A stretch of 64,000 nt of DNA, taken from assembly GCF_006345805.1 (NCBI RefSeq), contig NC_043007.1, positions 26,102,001-26,166,000 on the forward strand. The letters run 5' to 3'. Made by a program: the position numbers and the translations under genes. Each line of letters starts with the position of its first letter. Positions within the stretch are counted from its first letter, which is position 1. This document shows positions 51,401-60,989 of this stretch, one piece after another. This DNA comes from Octopus sinensis (taxonomy: Eukaryota). The notes under the pieces were generated by a model. It ran no database searches, was not told the DNA's origin, and worked only from the letters and a program-made list of their open reading frames with translations.

Positions 51401-54400
51401 AATATTTTTTAGCTTTTTGTTTTTTGTTTTATTTTGAATCTCTCCAGCTCTGTAGAAGCTACTTTTCATAGGATATTTAATACCTATGTGTTAACCATTT
51501 TGATGTCAACCCACTCAAGATAGCTTCTTCTTCTATGATACATACTTCATGTTTAATGTGATCTAAATTAAAACCTTTCAAAATTTCATGTTAATTTATA
51601 TTCCAAACACCAGGTTAATGATGATGAGGTTACATTACTAAATTCTTTATCATTTTTAAAAGAAATTGTAGCAAAGGGGTTAAATACTTATGTTTTATAC
51701 ACAAATACAGTGTGTTTGGGTAAATACACAGAAATTACAAGAAAGCTTCAGGTGATAGGCTTAATCCCTCATCAGGTTTAACCCTTTAGCATTTAAACCA
51801 ACCTTGTCCAATCCAAATATCCTACCTGTTTTATGTTCAAACTGGTCATTCTAAGAATACAAAATCTCATCATCAAAATCTCAAACTACAAGGTAATGTG
51901 TGAGTAATCTAAAATAATGTGAATAAAAAAGCATCACATACAACAGAGTAAAGTGGAGGCACATGGCCTAGTGGTTAGAGCAGCGGACTCGCGGTCAAGG
52001 GATCGCGGGTTTGAATCTCAGAAGGTAATGGCGAACTTCTGCTGACTCTTTCGCCACAACTTTCTCTCAATCTTTCCTCCTGCATCTTGCAGCTCACCTG
52101 CGATGGATTGGCGTTCTGTCCAGGTGGGGAACCTATACACCAAGGAAACCTTACTTTTACCGTTCTCAAGGCCATTCAGAAAGACACTGTCCTTTCCACA
52201 CCATTTTTAGAGGCCATGCAAAGAGGTTATGTGCACACTGACTTACCTCTTGTCTAAGCTATAAAATAAAATAAATAGGTGTGACCAGAGCTTAGTGTAG
52301 AATTGAACTTACATCTCTTTTGCTGCCTTCAAAACAATATGTTTAAAAACAAATATTATTTAATCCAAGTTTATCTAAAGTCAACAGCCATTTGATATTT
52401 AATCAGATAAGAAAAATACATCAGTTCTTTTAGATCTTTCTGTGTTGCCAAGAGATCTTGCTGAAAATTTGGTAATTGTTGAGATGAAAATATTTTTATT
52501 GTTCGTTTATTGTTATTTTATGTTTATCATTATAGAACAAGACATCAGGAGAAACAGACATGGAGGTTGACGGTACAAATGTTTCGTCTGATAGTACTCT
52601 CAAGCAGCTTGCAAAAATGGTGGATCATGATGGATATACTCCGTTGTTGAAAGCATGTCAAGTATACAAGAACCTGCAGGTATGTGTAAAATGTGTGTGT
52701 GTGTTGCATTGTAGGCTGCAAGCTTTGTCAAATGGACGAGAAGCTTGCTTTGTTATCATAAGTTACCTGGCTTGTTGCTATTGTGTGGCACGTAGAGCAA
52801 ATGTTTTCCTGTATAGCTTTGGGTTGAGCCTTAATTTGTTGGTGAAATTGTGTAGTTGAAAATTGTGTGGAGGCCTGTCAGATGATCTGTACCTTGTCAT
52901 TTAAAGAGCCAGTCTTGTCACACTCATTCTGCTGGAAGAAGATTTACGTTAAGGATACATGTGTTTGAGCTATAAAAACTAAAAACGAAAGAGTTGAAAT
53001 ATCTGTGTATTGAACAACTGGATACCTCAGTTGTTGGGTGTGGAGGCGCAATGGCCCAGTGGTTAGGGCAGCGGACTCGCGGTCATAGGATCGCGGTTTC
53101 GATTCCCAGACCGGGCGTTGTGAGTGTTTATTGAGCAAAAACACCTAAAGCTCCACGATGCTCCGGCAGGGATGGTGGTGATCCCTGCTGTACTCTTTCA
53201 CCACAACTTTCTCTCACTCTTACTTCCTGTTTCTGTTGTGCCTGTATTTCAAAGGGCCGGCCTTGTCACTCTCTGAGTCACGCTGAATATCCCCGAGAAC
53301 TGCGTTAAGGGTACACGTGTCTGTGGAGTGCTCAGCCACTTACACGTTAATTTCACGAGCAGGCTGTTCCATTGATCGGATCAACCGGAACCCTCGTCGT
53401 CGTAACCGACGAAGTGCTTCCATCCACCTCAGTTGTTGAAATGTGTGTGGAAATCCTGCCATTATATCTACTGTAAATACATATAAAAGATATGTGTTCT
53501 GTGTTGGCGTTAGGAAGGGCACCCAGCTGTAGAAACCATGCAGAAGTAGATGGTAGCTCATTGCAGACCTCACTTTTTTCCTTTGTGCATGTGAACTCAT
53601 TAGATGCTTGACACGCTAATGTAATTCAACATGAACTTACAATGAGGTGGGCTGTTTTATGTACTTTATGACCACCCTTAAAATGGAGAACCAAAATGAA
53701 CATTATCAACACATTATGCTTTTTTTTTTAATTTTAAAAAAGCAAGAAAGCAGCAGGAAGATATCTGCTTTGTATGGAGAGAATACTGTCATAGAATGTA
53801 TGTGCTAGGAGTGGTTTACATGATTTTGTTTCTGAAATTTTTCTGTTCAAGATACACCTAACTCTAGCTGGCCAACTGAGATTAACAGCTACAAAATGGA
53901 GTTAGTCGAGATCAGCTCCTTTTATATAACTAGGATGATCGCAGATATTCTCCAAATATCTAAATTGAATGTTGAAAACCATCTGCATCAACCTGGCTAA
54001 TGTATTGAGTCCCACATCAATTGAATAAGGAAAACATGGCCCAGTGAATGTCCATCTGCTATAAGTTGCAGATGCATGAAGAAAACGATCCTTTTTTGAA
54101 AAGTATGGAAACAGGAGACAAAAAGTGGGTCGTGGGTCATCTATAACAATATGAAACACAAATGATCATGGGGAAAGTGTGACAAACCATTTCAGGCAAC
54201 ATCCAAAACAGGACTTCAGAAAGCTGACCAGAAGAGAATTAATGCATTCGAGCTTTGGTGTCGGAGAAGACTTTTATGGATTCCATGGACAGCGAGGCTC
54301 ACCAATGGAGAAGTTCTTAAGCAAATCAGGCCGAAAATGTTGCTAGAAGCTAGGATTTACCAAGCATAGATTGGCATATTTCAGTCATATTATGCGGAGA

Positions 54401-55274
54401 AAATCCCTGGAGAAGGACATCATGCTCGGAATGGTCAGTGGCAAGAGAGGAAGAGACCGACCAAGAACCCGCTGGCTTGACACCATCAAGAGTGATACCG
54501 GAATGGACATAGCCAATCTGAAAGAAGCGGCCCAGGATAGAACTGACTGGAGGACACTGATCCAACGAGTAACCGAGAGTCGACTTCGACTGAGCGGATA
54601 GATAGATAGATAGGAAGGGTGTTGCCTTTAATGAGCTTCCTTTGAACAGAACCATCTATTTGGATGGATGTGTATTGTGACAAACTAGAAAAATTAAATG
54701 CAGCTTTCCTACAGAAGTGTCCAACACTTGAAACTCATAAGAACATTGGCCATTGATCACAAGAATGCTAGATTGCACACATCATTGCAGAAATGGAAGA
54801 AGTTACTGGGGCATGGTAAAGATGTTTTTCCTCACCCTGTAAAATTAACCCGATAGGTAGTTTAGCTGATTAGACAACTCAAATTCTCGTTGACAAGCTG
54901 ACAGAGGATCCTATCCTTCAACTTTTGTACCACTGTTTATGTCATGCCAGGAAATCAAAAAGTTTGAGGCAATGCAGTGTGTGTATGTATGTGTGTGTGA
55001 GTTAATGTACATAGCTAGCATTGTCCAGTAAAATAAAGTATCTCGTGACTGAAGTTGATTCAGCATGCAGGCGTGTGCATACACACGCACACACACACAC
55101 ACGCACACGCACACACACACACATATCTTTGTCTACTGCAGCCGAGGCTTCTCAATATAAGTGCTTCTAGGATAATGAATTAATATAAGCATTCTACTTG
55201 ACATATATATACACACCACACACACACACACATATACATATATATATTATATATATATATACACACACACATAT

Positions 55275-55355
<81 letters not shown>

Positions 55356-56867
55356 AAATAATGAATTATAGGGATTTACAAATTCATACAAATGATACCT
55401 TCTAAGCAGTCATTGGCTGTATAAACTTGGCTATGTTGAACAATCAGAGATCATTAATTCCAAATATAATATATGTCTGTGGTACTACTCCCAGTGTTAT
55501 AAGTAAATCTAATATTCACTCAGGATTTCAAAAAGTCCCAGAATATGTTAAAAAGTCATGTACTAGAATGAAGAACTACACATCTTCAATATAAGATTAC
55601 ATCATACAAAAGCCATGATCTAATCCTGTATTAAAGATATGTTATTCTTCATTCTAGTTAATGTCTTTATATAAATATCTGTTTGTATCATATAAATATC
55701 TGATTTATATCTTTGTATCATACTTAATGTAATATGTCTGATTTGCCTGTCAACAGTCTATGGTCATGGATGGCCATTTTATTTGAATGCTGTTTCGGTT
55801 GGATTATTTATGCAGGCTAGTGGCTGTTTGCAATACCCGTGAATGTATTATTGACTGTTTCCTATGTTGCATATGAAGGCGCATGGCTCTGGATAGAGTG
55901 TCGGGCTCACGATCACGAGGTAGTGAGTTCGATTCCTGGGCCGGGCTGTGTGTTCTGTTCTTGAGCAAGAAACTTTATTTCATGTTTGCTCCAGTTCATT
56001 CAACTGTAGAAATGAGTTGTGATGTCATTGGTGCCGAGCTATATTGGCCTTTGCTTTTCCCTTGGATATCATCAATAGCATGGATAGGGGAGGATGGTAT
56101 GCATGGGTAAGACCTGTGCATTGCAGTGGAACTTTCTAGGTGCAATCCTATGGTCATTCATGACCAAAGAGGGTCTTCATTCTTACCCTATGTCTGAGGC
56201 AATATATCTCATCTAGGCATGTAGGTGCTGTGAGTAAATGTTCATTGATAGGGGCCCAAAATGCCTGAAATGCATCTGGTATTCTCACTAGCCACTGCAG
56301 GGTTGATTTCTTCTCTTCCTTCTATATTTATTGTGTTCTTAAACTCAATATATCTGTCTAGACAAATACTGTAGTAACTTGCTTGTCAGTTGTGTGTGTG
56401 TGTGTGTGTATAAAGCATGATATATAGATGCTAATTTTAATTGCATGCACTGGCCTGGCTATATGGTAAGAAGTTTTCTTCCCAATTACATGGCTCTAGG
56501 TTCAACCCCACTGCACGGTACTTTGCCCTTCTTCTATAGCCCTGGGTGAACCAAAGCTTTGTGAGTGTATTTTATAGTGGAAAAACTGAAAAAGGCCAGT
56601 TATGTGTGTGTGTGTGTGTGCGTGTGTATACATACACACATATGTATATGATCTATGCATGTGTTTGTTCCCCACGATTGCTTGTTTTTATCCCCATAAC
56701 TTATTGGCTTGGCAAAAAGACGCCAATAGATTATGTACCAGGATTAAAAGTTTAGTACTAAGGTCAGTACTAAACCCTTCAAATCTGGGCCCCAGCATGT
56801 CCACAGTCTAATGATTGAAAGAAGTAAAAAGAAGATATATATGTGTGTGTATGTATGTATGTATATA

Positions 56868-56934
<67 letters not shown>

Positions 56935-57125
56935 TTTTAATTGCTTCAGTCATTTCGACTGCAGCCATGCTGGAACTCCACCTTTAGTCAAGCAAATCTA
57001 CCCCAGTACTTATTCTATCGGCCTCTTTTGCTGAAACGCTAAGTTATGGGGGTGTAAACACACCAACATTGGTTGTCAAGCGTTGTTGGGGGAACAAACA
57101 CAGACAGACAAACATATGCATGCAT

Positions 57126-57159
<34 letters not shown>

Positions 57160-57269
57160 TGGGCTTCTTACCAAATTCACTCACAAGGCTTAGGTTGGCC
57201 CAAGGCTATAGTAGAATACACTTGCCCAAGATGCCATGGCGTGGGACTGAACCCGGAACCTTACCGCAT

Positions 57270-57331
<62 letters not shown>

Positions 57332-60300
57332 ACTTACCACACACACACACACACACACACATATTTTATACTTAAGTTAATGAAAAAAAGCATCAGTCCT
57401 GAGTTCAATTCAACCACCAGATTTGTTTTTTCCCTGCCTATGTTAGAAATATTGTGTTGTTTGTACTTGCAGGCATCTACATACAAAAAACAACCTGACA
57501 ATGAACTTGAAGTAAGGCAAGCTAATGTTCGGAACTTCATTTCTCTTCTGATCGATGAAGCTAACCCTGACATCAACGCATCCGTTGATAAAAAATACAT
57601 CCAAGATCCAACTAAAGAAAGAACTTATGGAAAGGAAGGTGAGTGTATCATCATCATCATCATCGTCATTATTTTTTGTTTTTTTTATGATAATTGTTGT
57701 TTGATTTGAGTAAATTTTAGAAAATATTATAATTTAAATTTCTATACTCTTTATTGGTTAAGTCAGCATTTTCCAATCTTTTTACTCTTGGGGAATTCTT
57801 GTAATACATCTCATATCGAGGTTGGTGGAATATTTCTCTTCTCCTTCTATAATATTCACTAAGAGGACCCATGGAATTTTCATGGTGTAAGTCAGCATCT
57901 TCAAATATCTAATGTCCCTTCTGCCTATATATTTATCTGTTAACTCTCATAATACTGATAAGCATTTAAAACCCTAATAACAAAAGATAGAAAAAAAAAA
58001 AGAAGAAAAGACCAAATGATGGCAGTGCCCCAGCATAGCCACAGATTTTACTCTGAAATATGTGAACGACAAAAATGTAACATGCACAGCTATTTGATAA
58101 CGAGAGTTATTTCACTTTAATTGAACTATCTATCGATACATCTTTTAATGTATTTATTTATAGGTCTTCACGACATTGTTTCATTATGTTAAGCATTTCA
58201 ACTGTGCCTGCAATTTAAACACACAGATGCAGAATAATATAGACCTCTCCCCCACTCTCATGTTTTCTCTTTCTATTTTCTTCACTGATTACGCTCTTTC
58301 AATTTCTCTCTTTAGTCTCTCCTCCTCCTCCTTCCTTCTCTATGTATATCTCATATTTTTCTCCCTTGATGTAACACATGGATAAGCAGAATAATAATTT
58401 TTCGATATTATCTACAAAACACTGGTGACAGTCATACAACAGGAAATAAGTTCTTGACAAACCCATAATGATGCTGTTTCAGTCACAGGTCCAAATCATT
58501 TCACTCCACTTGCATCACAAATACCCCTTGGGAAAGGCATAGATACCAACATATTATGTCTATCAATAAATCATTCAACGACATGTCATACTTACTCATG
58601 AATAGATTGCCAGTATTTTAAATTTGATTTTAAGCATAAAAACTGGGGTGTGGCATATAAACAGGGTGAAGCTAAAACTATTTATGGAAAATATTTTGTA
58701 CCAACACCATCCGCTAAGAGCACCATCCGAGCGTGATCGTTGCCAGGGCCGCTAATTGACACGTAAAAAGCACCGTTCAAGCATGATCGTTACCAGCATC
58801 GCTTTTCTGGCACTTGTGCCAATGGGATGTGAAAAACAACATTCGAGTGATAGCGTTGCCAGTGCCGCTGGAGTGGCTCCTATGAGAGTGGCCGTTGCCA
58901 GTACTGCCTGACTGGCCCTCATGCCGGTGGCACATAAAAGCACCCACTACACTCTCAGAGTGGTTGGCATTAGGAAGGGCATCCAGCTGTAGAAAGTCTG
59001 CCAGATCAGATCGGAGCCTTGTGCAGCCATCTGGCTCACCAGTCCCCTGTCAAACTGTCCAACCCATGCCAGCATGGAAAGCGGACATTAAACGATGATG
59101 ATGATTTGACTCTAAAATAGTACACAAGTAAATATAGTATTTTCTTGATGGGATGGAAATCTTTTGAGAGAACAAGCTCAAACTCTTCCTCACTGTTTAT
59201 TTCTCTGCTTTTTGTGTCTGTCTGTCTGTCCCTCTCTCTAAAATGTGTCTCAAAGAAAGAATTTTTGTTTTGTATTTCACTAGGTAAATGGTGTGCCGTT
59301 CACTTTATGGTTGCTGCTGTTACTGAGAAATCTATTCCATCTCCTGATGGTATGGTAAACCATTGTCCTGGCTTGAAACTCATCCTGAGCAAGAAACCAC
59401 AACTTGATATGCCAGACCAATATGGCTGTGTCCCATTGATCCAAGCCATTCAATTAGGTCGTGTTGAAGCTGTCAAAATGCTGGTACAGTTCTATTTTCT
59501 TTTCTCTATTGTTGTATGACTTCTGAAACTTTGGCTGTTGTTGTTGTTGTTGTTGATTTACACCATTTGAGCCCTGATTGAGTAGATCTGTGACCAAAGG
59601 CATTTCTACCATGATCCTCCCATTCTTTTATGCAAAAGACCCACCCTTTTGTAATGCAGAGTAGCCATGGCACCTGTGCTTGTCACTCTATCATAGTATA
59701 GCTTCCCAACACCTGGCATAAAACTACCCCCTGCTCTCAAATCCCGCTGCCAGTTGAGGTTGCTATTTTGTTTTTTGTTCTAAAATAATAATAATAAAGA
59801 AATTATTGCATAGTGCTCAGGTGCACCACAACTTGTCAAAAGTGCGTATAAAGTATATGCAGTAATGTACAAATGTCTGGAAAGCGAACAGTGTATGAGT
59901 CAGATACATGCTTGCGTGTGTATGGAGGGGAGAAAATCAGGTGTAGTGTTGGCGAATCTCAAGAAGCATGGAAGTTTTGAAGGATGCAGTGCTCCGACAA
60001 CTAACAACTGGTGCCGGCAGTTTGTTCCATGCTTCAGCAACTCTTAGTGTGAAAAAATGTTTTCACCAAATGTTTTCTTTTCCTGTCTTGTGAATTACTT
60101 GGTGACTTCATTAGTGCTAGTAGCACATGAAAAGCATCCAGTTCATGCTGTAAAGTGGTTTGTATTAGGAAAGGTATCCAGTTGTTGAAACCTTGCCAAA
60201 GCAGGCATTAAAGCTTGACACAGCACTATGGCTTGCAGGATCCTGTTAAAACTGTCTAACCCATAGCCTGCAAAGAAAACTGAGGTTAAATGATGATGAC

Positions 60301-60948
60301 TACATTTTCCAATATGTCTTTCTCATCTGAGTAAGATTTGGCTACTGTTTGTTCCGGGTTGAGCAAGCATCTGTAGTTTCCCTCTGGTTCAGATTTTAAA
60401 GTAATGTAAGTTATCGACTGACATGTATACCAAAACACACACTATAGATTTTGGACCTATTCAAAAAGACATTTCCTCTGTCTCTTTTTCCCACTGCTGT
60501 GAGAATGTAAAAAGAAAAACAATCAAAAATGCATATGATTGTATTCCAAACCGAAAAGGGATTTTAAAAGTGCTTAGTTTAGAAACCATTGGAGCTCAAT
60601 GGAGTTTGCTGCTTGCTAGATCCTGTCAAACCACCTCTCAATGATAGCATGGAAAATGGTTGTTTAATGATGACGATGTTCATTTCTACGAATATCTTAA
60701 CTCCTTGCCATTCCCTATTTATGACTACCCTGTTAAATCATCTCATTTCCCCCTATCACCCTGTTTAGACCCTGTACTAAATCATTTTTCTTCTGAACCC
60801 CAAATCCTTCTTTAGAAACTGAACATTAACTACATTAGTTTCACCCAGTTTAGAAAGGCTCGAAAGGGATTTGGTCACTTCTCTTTATGCATTTTTGTTT
60901 TATTACTACTATTACCACTACCACTGACAATTGTACTTCTCGTGTGTA

Positions 60949-60989
<41 letters not shown>

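Noticed and set aside
53042-53118. tRNA gene
   Set aside because: It has A- and B-box-like motifs but no convincing acceptor stem or poly-T terminator, continues into a repeat body and has diverged copies, so it is a SINE head.
3524-57380. Short ORFs with poly-I, IYIY, HTHT or CVCV runs (e.g. 3524, 23524, 55194, 56744, 57069)
   Set aside because: These are (ATT)n, (TA)n and (CA)n microsatellites and SINE bodies, not coding sequence.
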